This document shows, one piece after another, positions 1-11,909 of a stretch of DNA of 64,000 bases. Numbering within the stretch: the first letter of the stretch is position 1; each line of letters opens with the position of its first letter. Location of the stretch: contig JAWLHK010000026.1 in NCBI GenBank assembly GCA_041690355.1, positions 1 to 64,000 of the forward strand. Direction: 5' to 3'. Below the pieces are notes generated by a model that saw nothing but the letters and a program-made list of their open reading frames with translations, had not been told where the DNA came from and did not search any database. The DNA comes from a bacterium (GTDB lineage: Bacteria; J088; JAWLBW01). The position numbers and the translations under genes are program-made.

Positions 1-100
1 ATACAATCCCCGCGGGTGGGGACATGCACATGCGGCTCGGGGGGAGAGGCCCCGGCGCCGCCAATCGACCTACGTCACTGCCGTTCAGGACTCTGCGCCC

Positions 101-895
101 TCAGAACGCGGCGCCGAGCGTCAGCCCCGCGTTCCAGTTGTCGCCGTCGGGGAAGTTGTCGTCGATCCAGTCGGTCAGAATCCGGTACGTTCCCCGCGCG
201 CCGATGACGAAGTTCTGGCTCGGATAGAAGGCGAGACCGGCCGACAGCGGAAAGCCGATGCTTTCAGCGTTGTCGAGGATGCCCCCCTGGTCGTCGAACA
301 GTCCGCTCAGCCCCTGGTCTTCGGTGCTGTCCATGCGGAAGTAGTTCACGCCGGCGGCCAGAAAGGGCTGCACGACCGATTCGGGTTTCAGGAAGTTGAC
401 GCGGCCGAGTACTTCGCCGGCCGTCGAAATGGCCGAGCCGTCGCCCACTTCATAGTTGTTGGCCGAGCCGAAGTAGCCCAGTTCGACGCCGATGGGGCTC
501 GAGGTGCCGAAGACGCCGCGCAGGCCCCAGTTGCCGCCGGGCGAGACGGCCGTATTCAGATTGTCGGTGAAGCGGCTGTAGCCCCCTTCGAGCTCCAGCG
601 CCACGTTGGCCTGGTCGCGCACGCGCACCGGCTCAGGGCGCAGGACGACGGTTTCGGCGGGAACGGCGGTCTCTTCGACTTCTTCTTCGACGGCCCGTTC
701 AGCCTCTTCTTCGACGGCCTCTTCGAGCTCCTGCTCGTCGAGCAGTTCGTCGCGGGCCGGTTCGCGTTCGATGAGGGTTTCGTCGATACCCGTGTCGTCG
801 GCATAGGGGTCTTCGAACGGGTTGCCGTCCTGCGCATAGGCGGGCGCGGCGATGAGCGTGGCGAGTGCTGCCAGCGCAATACCTTTCAGAAACAT
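101..895 (-). CDS. Outer-membrane beta-barrel protein with acidic N-terminal linker
   Basis: ATG at 895 after a GGAGG RBS; signal peptide MFLKGIALAALATLIAAPAYA; alternating beta-strands; C-terminal Phe (LTLGAAF). Confidence 0.75.
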   Translation of the reverse strand: MFLKGIALAALATLIAAPAYAQDGNPFEDPYADDTGIDETLIEREPARDELLDEQELEEAVEEEAERAVEEEVEETAVPAETVVLRPEPVRVRDQANVALELEGGYSRFTDNLNTAVSPGGNWGLRGVFGTSSPIGVELGYFGSANNYEVGDGSAISTAGEVLGRVNFLKPESVVQPFLAAGVNYFRMDSTEDQGLSGLFDDQGGILDNAESIGFPLSAGLAFYPSQNFVIGARGTYRILTDWIDDNFPDGDNWNAGLTLGAAF

Positions 896-1185
896 GGCTC
901 CTCCAAGACAGAAGGGTTCAGAAGCGGCAGAAGCGGATGTGCCTGCCCCTTGGTTCTTGGTCCATGGTGAGGCCGGGAGGGAAGTGGGCCAAGCTCGACC
1001 GCTCATGCGGCAGGAGGCCGGGTGGCGAGCGCACCTGAGTGACGAGTGACGCACAATTTACAAATGACGATTGACGATTGACAATTTGCCGGCAAGAACG
1101 CCCAGCGCCCAGCGTCCAGCGTCCAGCGACTCCCCCCGTTCCGGTTTGTTGGCGCTCGGTGCTCGGCGCTCGGCGCTTTGACGTT

Positions 1186-2565
1186 TCAGGCGGCGCGGGC
1201 GGCGGGGGGGCGCAGGGCGCCGCGCACCCAGTGGTGAATCGTGTTGCGCCGCAGGTATTCGTACATGGCCGCCATGCGGCGTCGGCGTTCGTCCCGCGGC
1301 ATGCGCAGGGCCGTCTCGAGCGTTTCGGCCACCTGCTCGATGTGATGCGGGTTCACGAGCAGCGCCTCGCGCAGCTCCGAGGCAGCGCCGGCGAACTCCG
1401 AAAGAACCAGGACGCCCGGATCGCCCGCCTTGCAGGCCACGTACTCTTTGGCGACAAGGTTCATGCCGTCGCAGAGCGGCGTCACGAGGGCCACGTCGGC
1501 GGCGCGGTAGAGGGCCACCAGCTCGGCGACGGGCACATGCCTGTGCAGGTACCGGATCGGCGACCACTCCGGCGTCCCGAACGTACCGTTGATGCGCCCG
1601 ACGAGCTCTTCGATGGCGCGTTTGTGCTTGTTGTACTCCTCGACCTCTTCGCGGCTCGGGACGGCGATCTGCACGAAGGTGACCTTGCCGACCCGCTCCG
1701 GGTAGCGCTCGAAGAACTTGGCCACGGCATGCAGGCGCTCGGGCAGCCCCTTGGTGTAGTCGAGACGATCGACCCCAAGCACGAGACGCACCCCCGCATG
1801 ACTGAGCTCACGCACCCGCTGGCCGACCTCTTTCTCCCGCGAACGGGCGGCGAGGGCCTCGGTGTCGACCGAAATCGGCATGACCCGCGTGTGGCAGACC
1901 CCGCGGCCGTCGGGGCGAATCACCGATTTTCCCTGTACCCGCCCGGGGCCCAGCAGGCGCTGTACCGCGGCGAGAAACTGCTCCTGATAGAGTTCCGTAT
2001 GAAAGCCGACCTCGTCGGCCCCGATCATGCCTTCGAGAATCTCGTTGCGCCAGGGGAGATGGCGGTAGATTTCGAAGGCCGGAAACGGAATGTGCAGGAA
2101 AAAACGGATGTAGCGCCGCCGCCGGGCCGCGCGCAGCAGACCGGGCAGGAGCAGGAAATGATAGTCGTGCACCCAGAGGTCGTCGGCATTGAGGTCGGCG
2201 TCGATCCGCTCGGCGTAAGTCCGGTTCACCTCGCGGTAGGCGGCCCACCAGGCAGGGTCGAAGCGCGCCCGGGAGAGGAAGTCGTGGAACAGGGGCCAGA
2301 GCGTCGCGTTGCAGAACCCCGAGTAGTAGGCCTTGTGGATGCGGGCGGGTACGTCGATGGGCAGCACCTGGTATCCGACCCGGCCGGGCACGACGTCCCA
2401 GCCTTCGCTCGGCGCACCGGTGCCGACCCAGACGCCGCCGTGTTCCTGCAGCAGCGGCGTGAGCGCGGCGACGAGGCCCCCTTCGCCCCGCTCCAGCCGC
2501 CATCCGGTGCCGGCCCGGATGGGACGCACGGGCAATTTATTGGCGATCAGGGTCAGATTGGCCAT
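1186..2565 (-). CDS. otsA: Trehalose-6-phosphate synthase (GT20)
   Basis: Motifs [48 protein letters not shown]. Confidence 0.93.
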   Translation of the reverse strand: MANLTLIANKLPVRPIRAGTGWRLERGEGGLVAALTPLLQEHGGVWVGTGAPSEGWDVVPGRVGYQVLPIDVPARIHKAYYSGFCNATLWPLFHDFLSRARFDPAWWAAYREVNRTYAERIDADLNADDLWVHDYHFLLLPGLLRAARRRRYIRFFLHIPFPAFEIYRHLPWRNEILEGMIGADEVGFHTELYQEQFLAAVQRLLGPGRVQGKSVIRPDGRGVCHTRVMPISVDTEALAARSREKEVGQRVRELSHAGVRLVLGVDRLDYTKGLPERLHAVAKFFERYPERVGKVTFVQIAVPSREEVEEYNKHKRAIEELVGRINGTFGTPEWSPIRYLHRHVPVAELVALYRAADVALVTPLCDGMNLVAKEYVACKAGDPGVLVLSEFAGAASELREALLVNPHHIEQVAETLETALRMPRDERRRRMAAMYEYLRRNTIHHWVRGALRPPAARAA

Positions 2566-2607
2566 CAAGTGGCCAATATAGCACACTCGGCCCGATCCGG
2601 GAGGGTT

Positions 2608-3405
2608 TCAGCGCTGAAGGGAGGTCTGCGGCGGGGTCGCCGGCGGGGTCCCGGTGGCGGCCGCGGCGGTCGCTTCCGCCGGTTCCACGACGGCGGCCGC
2701 CACCTCGCGCGCCAGGCGCCGGCTGAAGAGGAAGGCGGAGTGGCCGAACCAGGGAACGAAGCGGTCGGTGCCCGGAGCCCCGAGGGCGCCGCTGCGCGAG
2801 GGGATGACGAGCTGATCGAGGTTCGACCAGTAACTGAGGACCCGTGTATCCGCCAGTCCCGACAGATCACCGGCCAGCCGGGCGAGCAGGGGGCTCCCGG
2901 GGCGCATCTCGCGGGCCGAGGCGCCGAGGCCCGCCCAGGCCATGATCGTTCCCCGATGCGGCGTGCCGAAGGTGACGAGCAGGGCCACTCGCGGCCCGCC
3001 CCCGCGCACCTGAATGTACCAGCGCGAAACCAGGCCGCCCATGGAGTGCGCGACGATGTTCACCCGGGGGGCGCCCGTCTCGGCGCAGAGCCGCTCCACA
3101 TGACGCTCGAGACGTTCGGCGTGCCGCTCGATGGAGGCGAACATCGGCGTCAGCGACAGGTGCGAAAGCGAGTTGACGCCGGCCCGGCGCAGGAGGCGGC
3201 CGAACCAGAACCAGTTGCCGGCGTTCTGCGAGTAACCGTGCAGCAGGATTGTCGGGTACGGATCGCCCGCTTTCCAGGGGAGCGGAACCTGGCGTCTGCG
3301 GCCCGTCCAGACGACGAAGGCGTAGAAGAAGGCGCTGCCGACGACGAGAAAGAAGAAGAGGAACTCGGCGCTGAGGCCCAGGAGCAAGGCGACCGGCGCG
3401 GGCAT
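2608..3405 (-). CDS. Membrane-anchored alpha/beta-hydrolase (lipase/esterase)
   Basis: N-terminal TM segment; LLHGY; nucleophile elbow AHSMGG; GTPHRG; GH near the C-terminus. Confidence 0.85.
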   Translation of the reverse strand: MPAPVALLLGLSAEFLFFFLVVGSAFFYAFVVWTGRRRQVPLPWKAGDPYPTILLHGYSQNAGNWFWFGRLLRRAGVNSLSHLSLTPMFASIERHAERLERHVERLCAETGAPRVNIVAHSMGGLVSRWYIQVRGGGPRVALLVTFGTPHRGTIMAWAGLGASAREMRPGSPLLARLAGDLSGLADTRVLSYWSNLDQLVIPSRSGALGAPGTDRFVPWFGHSAFLFSRRLAREVAAAVVEPAEATAAAATGTPPATPPQTSLQR

Positions 3406-4349
3406 TACTGCGTCACGTTGATTTTGACGCCGTTGCTGGCCGAGTAGGTCATGGCGTTGCCGGCGATGGAGCTCAGGCCGAGCTGCTCGCTGGTCTTCAT
3501 GTTGAGAAACAGCTCGAGCCCTTCGGGAGCGGCGACGCCGAGCTTGGCGGGCGTTTCGCCGGCCATGACGCGCTTGCCCATCTGGCAGGCCTGGGCGCCG
3601 ATGCTCGACGCGTTGGGGCCGAGGCTGAGCAGGGCGCCCGCCTTGACGAAAGCTTCGTTGTAGGCAAAGAAGGGGACGTTCGAGCGCTGTGAGAACTCGA
3701 GAATGGCCCGGAACGCCTGGGGCGTCACGACGGTCGGGTCGGGGATGAGCCAGAACGCGTCGATACCGTCGGCGAAAGCGCGCAGGGCGCGGGGCGTATC
3801 TTCGGGGGCGTCGACCTTGCTCGCCACCAGCGTGAGCCCGCGCTTGGCGGCCGCGTCCATGGCCGACTGCAGCAGCTCCTTGCTCTTCTTCGGGTTGTAG
3901 ATGACCCCGACCTTGGCCGCCTTGGGGACGATGGCCTTGAGCGCCGAAAGCTGGGTCTCGACGGGAATTTCGAGGGAGATGCCCGCGATGTTGTCGGCGC
4001 CGAGGTCTTCGCGCTCGGGATTGAGCACCATGGCGAAGATGACCGGCACCGAAGAATCGAGGTACAGGCGGGCCACGCGCGCCGCATGCTTGCCCACGGC
4101 ATAAACCATGGCGGGCTTCTGCGCGTTGAGCTTCTCGATGAAGGCCTTGCCGCGCTCCTCGTTCAGGTCCATGTCGAACTCGGAGAAATTCGCCCCGCAG
4201 CTCGTCTTGAACGAAATCACCGCGTCATTGTACGCGGGCAGGTTCTTGCTCTTCAGGATGGCGATGTCTACCGCGTGCGCCGCCGAAAGCGGAGCCAGCA
4301 GAGACACAAAGACCGTCAGAATGAAGAGGGCCGGGGGGATGACTTTCAT
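3405..4349 (-). CDS. ABC-type substrate-binding protein (ABC_sub_bind-like)
   Basis: Signal peptide; motifs KVGVIYNP, DAFWLIPD, FVKAGALLSL; overlaps the next gene by 1 nt. Confidence 0.8.
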   Translation of the reverse strand: MKVIPPALFILTVFVSLLAPLSAAHAVDIAILKSKNLPAYNDAVISFKTSCGANFSEFDMDLNEERGKAFIEKLNAQKPAMVYAVGKHAARVARLYLDSSVPVIFAMVLNPEREDLGADNIAGISLEIPVETQLSALKAIVPKAAKVGVIYNPKKSKELLQSAMDAAAKRGLTLVASKVDAPEDTPRALRAFADGIDAFWLIPDPTVVTPQAFRAILEFSQRSNVPFFAYNEAFVKAGALLSLGPNASSIGAQACQMGKRVMAGETPAKLGVAAPEGLELFLNMKTSEQLGLSSIAGNAMTYSASNGVKINVTQ

Positions 4350-4508
4350 GGGAGCGACAGCTGAGAAACAGGTTCATTGTAGTGACCGGGCGCTCCGAAG
4401 TCAAACCGAATCGCCATGCTGCGGCGCGTCATAACCGCTGCAATTTCAGCAGGTTGGGCCGTCCATGGAGGGGGCGAGACCCATCGCTTCGCGATAAGGC
4501 AAGTGGTC

Positions 4509-6548
4509 TCAGAAGGACCCTTCCACATACAGCATGCCGGTGCGGCGCATGAACTCGCCGCCGTAATTCTCGCGGGCGGTGAAGGGATCCTGGTCGACGT
4601 CGAGCGCGGCCAGCCCGGGGAACTCGCGGTGCTGATCGAGCAGGTTCTTGCCGAGCAGCCCGATCTCCATGCGGTTCTCCCACATGCGGTAGCCGAGGCG
4701 GGCGTCGAGCACCACGTAGTTACCCAGCGTCTGCCCGCTCGTCAGCGGCACGATGAGGTTGCCGAGCTCGGGATTCGAGATGCGCCACTGCCGCTCCGAA
4801 ATGTAGGCGGCGAAGACGTTGGCGACCATGCCGTAGCCCGCGCGGTAGGTGAGCTCGCCGTTGACCTTGTGGGCCGGGTCGGCCAGATCGTCGGGCGATT
4901 TCTGCAGATAGGCGTAGCTGGCGCCCCCCTCGATCTCCTCGGTGATGACAATTTTGGTGCCGACTTCGCCGCCCATGGCGTTCACCTTCACGGGCTGTCC
5001 GTTCTCGGTCTGGATGTCGAACTGCACCTTGTTCGGCTGGAAGATGATGAAGTTCTCGTACTGGTTGTAGAAGAGGTCGACGTTCATCTTGACGCGCTCG
5101 CCGAAACGCGTCACGTAGCCGAATTCGTAGGCGGTCACCTTTTCGTTCGGCAGCTCGGGGTTCGCGAAGTTCAGATTCAGGCGCTCGAGGGCGGCCACCT
5201 GCATCTGGCGCTCGAAGAACGCCGGCTTGCGGAAGGCGTTGCCGTAGGTCAGGCGGAAGGTCTGGTTGCGCACCGGCGTGTAGACCACCGACGCGCGGGG
5301 GCTCACCTGGGGGCTCACCGACTGATAGGCCCCGTTGCAGCTCACGCTCGGCGCGATTTCGGCGCAGAGGGGGCTTTCGAACAGGTAGTAGTCGAGGCGC
5401 GCGCCCGCCGCCAGCACGAGACTGTCGACCGGGCGGTACTCGTCCTGCAGGTAGACACCGAAGCGGTACTCGTTGGCCGACGGGTCGGCCAGCACGTCCG
5501 AGGCGAAATTGTTCCAGCGCACGTTGCCGCCGAAGGTCAGGCGGTTGGCCCCGTCGGCCATCTCCCACATGTACTGGCTCTGCAGATCGAACGTGTTGGC
5601 GAGCCCGTTCAGGTTCGTGAGGATGCGTTCGTCGAGGGCCGTCCCCGGCGGGTTCAGCGTGGCGTCCTGCACGCTCAGTTCCGCATCGAGCACGTTCCAG
5701 AACAGATCGGTCTTCCAGTGCCCCAGCGCGTAACTCACGCGCGTGCCGGTCTGAAAGAGGTCGGCCGGCATTTCGCCGATGGTCGTGAAGATCTGGGTCT
5801 TCGAGCCGTCGAAACCGACGTCGGCCGTGAGCTGGCTGTCTTCAGAGAAGTCGTAGCTGAAGAGGGCGCGGGCCGACGAGGTCTTGTAATCGAAGGCATC
5901 GGGGTTCGAGGTCAGGTTCGACCGGCGAAAACGGCCCGAGGCCTGGTACACGAACTTACCCTTGCGGGCGGCGGCGCGGGCCTCAGCGATGCCGACCCGG
6001 TAATTGCCCGCGACGATGAAGGGCTCGAACACCGAGCCGTCTTCCTTGGGCTTCTTCGTGATGATGCTGACGACGCCCGAGAAGGCGTTCGCGCCGTAGA
6101 GCGCCGAGCCGGGACCGCGGATGACTTCGATACGCTCGATTTCAGACAGCGTGACCGGAATCTGCTCGACGAACGGGATGCCGAAGAGTTCGATGTTCAC
6201 TTCACGGCCGTCGAGCAGCACGAGCACCAGGTTGTTCTGCTCGGTGGCCAGGCCGCGCGCCCCGATGATCGAGTAACCGCCGTTCACCCGGTAGACGTCG
6301 AAGCCGGGCACGCGGCGCAGCAGGTCGCCGAGCGACGTGGCCGAGCTCGCCTCGATTTCGCGCGCCGTGATGACGTAGATGGCGCTGGGCGCCTCGGAGG
6401 CCTTCTGTTCGTGCTTCGAGGCCGAAACGACGACGTCTTCGGCGGCAAAGAGTTCGAACTGTTCCTCGAGGCTGCCGAAGTCCTGGCCGAAGGCCGGAGC
6501 GACCGCGAGGGTCCAGGCAAAGGTCGTGAGGGCGACACGTTTCAGCAT
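4509..6548 (-). CDS. TonB-dependent receptor
   Basis: Signal peptide; plug motifs VVVSASK, LLRRVPG, IERIEVIRGPGSALYGANAFSGVVSIITK; C-terminal Phe. Confidence 0.92.
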   Translation of the reverse strand: MLKRVALTTFAWTLAVAPAFGQDFGSLEEQFELFAAEDVVVSASKHEQKASEAPSAIYVITAREIEASSATSLGDLLRRVPGFDVYRVNGGYSIIGARGLATEQNNLVLVLLDGREVNIELFGIPFVEQIPVTLSEIERIEVIRGPGSALYGANAFSGVVSIITKKPKEDGSVFEPFIVAGNYRVGIAEARAAARKGKFVYQASGRFRRSNLTSNPDAFDYKTSSARALFSYDFSEDSQLTADVGFDGSKTQIFTTIGEMPADLFQTGTRVSYALGHWKTDLFWNVLDAELSVQDATLNPPGTALDERILTNLNGLANTFDLQSQYMWEMADGANRLTFGGNVRWNNFASDVLADPSANEYRFGVYLQDEYRPVDSLVLAAGARLDYYLFESPLCAEIAPSVSCNGAYQSVSPQVSPRASVVYTPVRNQTFRLTYGNAFRKPAFFERQMQVAALERLNLNFANPELPNEKVTAYEFGYVTRFGERVKMNVDLFYNQYENFIIFQPNKVQFDIQTENGQPVKVNAMGGEVGTKIVITEEIEGGASYAYLQKSPDDLADPAHKVNGELTYRAGYGMVANVFAAYISERQWRISNPELGNLIVPLTSGQTLGNYVVLDARLGYRMWENRMEIGLLGKNLLDQHREFPGLAALDVDQDPFTARENYGGEFMRRTGMLYVEGSF

Positions 6549-6560
6549 AAGCGGTTCCTG

Positions 6561-8708
6561 TTATTCCTGAGGGTCGGCGCAGCAGCGGAAGCCGAACTCG
6601 GCATCGCGCACCGAGGGCATGGAATTATACCGGTTCGCGCACCGGTTCATGTAGTCGGGGCGTGAGAAGCTGCCGCCGCGCAGCACGCGGTCCTGCAGGT
6701 TCGACTGCAGTTTGCTCTCGGTCCACTCGAAGACGTTGCCGCTGAGATCCGAGACGCCGTAGCCACTCGTGCAGGCGAATTTGCCCGCCGGCGCGAGCTT
6801 GCGGTCGTTGCCGTCGCCGTCTTCGGTCACGCAGCGGTCGCCGTTGAACTCATTACCGTAGGGGAACTTCGTGTTCTTGGGACCCTTGCAGGCACGTTCC
6901 CACTCTTCTTCGCTGCAGAGGCGTTTGCCCTCTTTCTGGCAGATCGCCCGCGCTTCGGGCCAGCTCACGTTCGTCTTCGGGAGCTTTCCCTTCTGATTCG
7001 GATATTCGTACTTGTCGATGCAGTAGGCGCGCGTCTGGGTCCGCTCGTCGTACTTCTCTCCGGGATTCCGGTCGAGATCGTTCGAGGGGCTGCCCATGAC
7101 AAAGCTGCCGGCGGCGATATGGACGGTGCCGTCGGGACAGGGCTGCGTCGGCCTGGCCGCTTCGGCGCGGGCGGCGGCGACCGCTGCCTTGGCGGTTTCC
7201 TTCTCGCGCGCCTTGGCGGCCTCGGCCTCCTTGGCGGCGGCGAGCGCCTTGATCATGGCGTCGCCGAACGTCTTCTTCGCCTCGTCGGCCAGGCTCAGGG
7301 AGTCGGCGAGTTTCTTGTCGTCACGCAGCGCCTGGGCATCCCGCAGCTGCTGCATTCCCTTGAGAAAGAGATCGGCGGCGAGCTTCGAAGCGTCGACGGC
7401 CATCGCCTCGCCCTTGGCCTTCTCGGCCTGCGCGAGGGCGGCGGCGACCTCGGGGGCGCGCGGGCCGCCCGACGCCGCCGGCGCGGTGGCCGTCGTGGGG
7501 GCCTGTGCAGACGGCTCCTTCCCGAGCAGGAAGAAGGCTCCCCCTGCTGCCGCGAGCAGGACGACGACCAGGACTGCGAACAGGGGCGCTTTGCTCCCCC
7601 CGGACTTCGCGGGGCCGGCCTGGCCGTCCGTCGACGCTTTCCTGTCGGCCTCGCCGAGCAGTTCGTCGTCGAAGAGGCTCCCGGGGCGCGGCGCCGAGAT
7701 CGGCGCGGCAGTCACCTGGGACGGGGGCGGAGGGGGCGGCTGCGGCGCGACCGCGGGCTCCGGTTCGGGTTCGGGCTGGCGGAACTGCGGGCGCTCGGGC
7801 ATGTCGGCGAGCGCGATTTCGGCTTTGGCGGCCGATTCAGCCTTGCCGGCCGCGCGGGCGATTTCGAGGTGAAAGGCGGCGACGTTCGGGAAGCGTTCGT
7901 CGGGATCGGCATGCAGGGCGCGCGCCAGGATCTCGTCGACGACGGCCGGGATTCCCTGCGCATGCTTCGCGGCGGGGGAATACTTGGTGCGCGGCGGAAG
8001 CTTGCCCGTCAGCAGCTGGTAGAGCATCGAGCCCAGCGCGAAAACGTCGACCGCCGGATCGCGCAGCAGGCGATCGGGGTGCGTCATGACCTCGGGGGCC
8101 AGATAGGAGGAGCCGCCGTCGCGCATGATCCGCACGGCCTCTTCGGGCGCGATGATGCGTGCAATTCCCAGATCGGTAATCTGGATGGAGTGCGGGAGGA
8201 TGAGAATGTTCTCGGGCCTCAGATCGCCGTGGACTTCGCCGTTGAGCTTTTCGAGAACGGCGCAGACGGCGTCGAGGATCGGCTCGGCCTCTTCCCACCT
8301 GAGCGTGCCGCGCATCTCGACGAGGCGGCGCAGCGAGATGCCCTCGAGGTAGTCGGTGGCGATGAGCACGCGGCCGTCGGACTCGGCCGCATCGAAAATC
8401 TTGACGAACCCTTCGGGCTCCGAAGCGGCGAGCTCGCGGAAAATCTGCAGCGTGGCCTGACGCACGGCCGGGTCGGCCGCCACGCCGGGATGCAGGATCT
8501 TGAGCGCCGTCGGCACGTCGAACTGCGTGTCGAGCGCCTTGTAGACGCGGCCGAAGGGACCCTCGCCGATGAACTCGCGGATGACGTAGTGCCCGATCGC
8601 ATCCCCATCCTTGAGGACAGGACCGCGATCGGCGCCGCCGCTCCCCGTTCCGTCGGAAGACCGGACGAGGCTGCGCTGCGGTCGGAAAAAATGAAGATGC
8701 TGAGACAA
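6561..8708 (-). CDS. Ser/Thr protein kinase with TM segment and C-terminal FGE-sulfatase (SUMF1) domain
   Basis: GEGPFGRV, ALKIL, HGDLRPEN, DLG, YLAPE; Pro-rich linker; TM; FVMGS, SEEEWERAC, DLSGNVFEW, RGGS, FGFRCC. Start codon uncertain. Confidence 0.85.
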   Translation of the reverse strand: MSQHLHFFRPQRSLVRSSDGTGSGGADRGPVLKDGDAIGHYVIREFIGEGPFGRVYKALDTQFDVPTALKILHPGVAADPAVRQATLQIFRELAASEPEGFVKIFDAAESDGRVLIATDYLEGISLRRLVEMRGTLRWEEAEPILDAVCAVLEKLNGEVHGDLRPENILILPHSIQITDLGIARIIAPEEAVRIMRDGGSSYLAPEVMTHPDRLLRDPAVDVFALGSMLYQLLTGKLPPRTKYSPAAKHAQGIPAVVDEILARALHADPDERFPNVAAFHLEIARAAGKAESAAKAEIALADMPERPQFRQPEPEPEPAVAPQPPPPPPSQVTAAPISAPRPGSLFDDELLGEADRKASTDGQAGPAKSGGSKAPLFAVLVVVLLAAAGGAFFLLGKEPSAQAPTTATAPAASGGPRAPEVAAALAQAEKAKGEAMAVDASKLAADLFLKGMQQLRDAQALRDDKKLADSLSLADEAKKTFGDAMIKALAAAKEAEAAKAREKETAKAAVAAARAEAARPTQPCPDGTVHIAAGSFVMGSPSNDLDRNPGEKYDERTQTRAYCIDKYEYPNQKGKLPKTNVSWPEARAICQKEGKRLCSEEEWERACKGPKNTKFPYGNEFNGDRCVTEDGDGNDRKLAPAGKFACTSGYGVSDLSGNVFEWTESKLQSNLQDRVLRGGSFSRPDYMNRCANRYNSMPSVRDAEFGFRCCADPQE

Positions 8709-8845
8709 ACCGGTACCTTGGGTATGCTGACGGCCGGGGGGCCGGAAGCTAGCAAGATACCATACGGATACCGGTGGGGCAAATGCCGCGGCGCCGCATG
8801 AACAGCGGCGCTGTGCCCCCCGGAACGGTCTGCATTATCGAGCGG

Positions 8846-9136
8846 TCAGTTCGCCTTCAACCCCTGCTCCGGACGCCAGCGGCTCGCCTGCCTGAGCAAT
8901 TCGCTGGGCCGCCGATCGCAGTACTGCTGGCTCTGGAGCACGTCTTCGACCGAGGGGTCCTGCACGCGGTGCAGCTGCTCGGCGAAGCAGGTCGGACAGG
9001 TGCACTCTTCCTGCTTGTGGAGGAAGTACTCCACATATACGCCCAGGTAGACTTCGTTCATGTCGAAGTAGCGGCCGCAAAGAATGCACTGGCCGCCGAA
9101 GGGGAGCAGGTTGTCCTGGGGGGAGAGCACGCTCAT
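8846..9136 (-). CDS. Small Cys-rich hypothetical protein (CxxC...CxxC, possible zinc ribbon)
   Basis: ATG-start ORF with CILC and CPTC, co-oriented with its neighbours. Confidence 0.5.
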   Translation of the reverse strand: MSVLSPQDNLLPFGGQCILCGRYFDMNEVYLGVYVEYFLHKQEECTCPTCFAEQLHRVQDPSVEDVLQSQQYCDRRPSELLRQASRWRPEQGLKAN

Positions 9137-9208
9137 GAATGACCAGCGTACCAGAGGCCTTCCTCCGGCGCGTTGATCCAGATCACACTCTCGCGTTCCG
9201 CAACCGAC

Positions 9209-10340
9209 TCAGCCCGTGCGCGAGCCGAGCACCACGGGGCGCCGCGCGCCGGTGGCCTCGGGCACGTTGCCCGGGGCGCCTGCCAGATGAAGCAGGGCCA
9301 TGTAGGCGAAGGCGACCGCCTCGACCGCGTCGGGGGGAACGCCGAAACGTTCGCTGGTCACGACTTCGCGCCCCGCGAGGGCAGCCAGCCGCTCCACGAG
9401 AAACCGGTTGTGCGCGCCGCCGCCGTACATCACGACGGGAACCGTTCCCGAATCGGCGGGAAGAAAGCGGCGGTAGGCCTCGGCCATCGTCCAGGCGGCG
9501 AACTCCACCGCGGTGGCCACCCGGTCGGCGGCCGGGAGACCAAGGCGCCCGGCGCGGTCCTCATACGATTCGACCCAGGCTTCACCGTAGCGCTCGCGCC
9601 CGGTGCTCTTCGGCGGCAGGAGCGGGACATAGTCGTCCCGCAGCAATTCCTGCAGCATTTCCGCATGCACCTTCCCCGTACGGGCGACGGCCCCGTCCGC
9701 ATCGTAGGGGCGCCCGAAGTGGCGGCGCATCAGGGCGTCGGAGATCATGTTGCCCGGCCCGGTGTCGAAGGCGAGGCGGCATCGCCCCTCCGCGTCGAGC
9801 CATGCCAGGTTGCCGATCCCCCCCACGTTCTGCACGAGGGCCCCCTGCCCCGGCGTGCGAAAGAAATCGCGCAGGAAAACGGGAACCAGCGGCGCGCCGT
9901 GCCCCCCCGCGGCCATGTCGGCGAGGCGGAAATCGGACACGACGGTCAGCCCGGTGCGCTCCGCAATTTCAAATGGGGAACCGATCTGGAAGGTGCCGTA
10001 TCCGGCCGCATCGGGCGGATGATGCCAGATCGTCTGCCCGTGGCTCCCCACGGCCCGCACGCGCTCGCCCGGCTGAAGCTTCCGCGCGAGCAGATCGGCC
10101 AGGGCCGCGCCGAAGCGCGCGCCGAGCCAGGTGTGGGCCCGGGTGATCTCATCCAGATCCCCCTTGCCCGCCGCGAGCGCGAGAAGGCGTGCGCGTTCCT
10201 CCTCGGCATAGGGAATGGTCTCGAAGGCGAGCACCGAAACAGAGCGGCCCTCGGCGAAACGCACGAGGGCCACATCGATACCGTCGAGACTGGTCCCGCT
10301 CATCAGGCCGGCATAGACGCCGGCGTGCGTGGCGCAGGGA

Positions 10341-10348
<8 letters not shown>
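9209..10348 (-). CDS. anmK: Anhydro-N-acetylmuramic acid kinase
   Basis: [51 protein letters not shown]. Confidence 0.93.
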
Positions 10349-11519
<1,171 letters not shown>

Positions 11520-11909
11520 GGTCGAAACTCCGATCGAAAAAGAACCGACATTGTAGCACCCTCACCGAGCAGACCGACAATTTACAAATTACGATTGACG
11601 ATTGACGATTTGCCGGCAAGGGCACCAGACACCGTTCGTCCCGAGCTGACGGCGGGAACGGAGTGAACGCGACAGCGAGGGGGCGCACCCGGGTGCCCGT
11701 GTGCCTGTCTCGCCGTCGCAGGTCTGCGCTGCATCCTGCCGTCGGCTCGACACGAACGGATTCTGGCCTCCCCGGTGCTCGGTGCTCGGCGCTCGGGGCG
11801 GCATCAGGCGATCGGGCATTGCAGCAGGCGATAATCGGCGGCCCCCGGATTCCATTAGCCGAACGCCATATCAATTGATACAATTACCTCTTTGGAAATC
11901 GTCAGCAAC

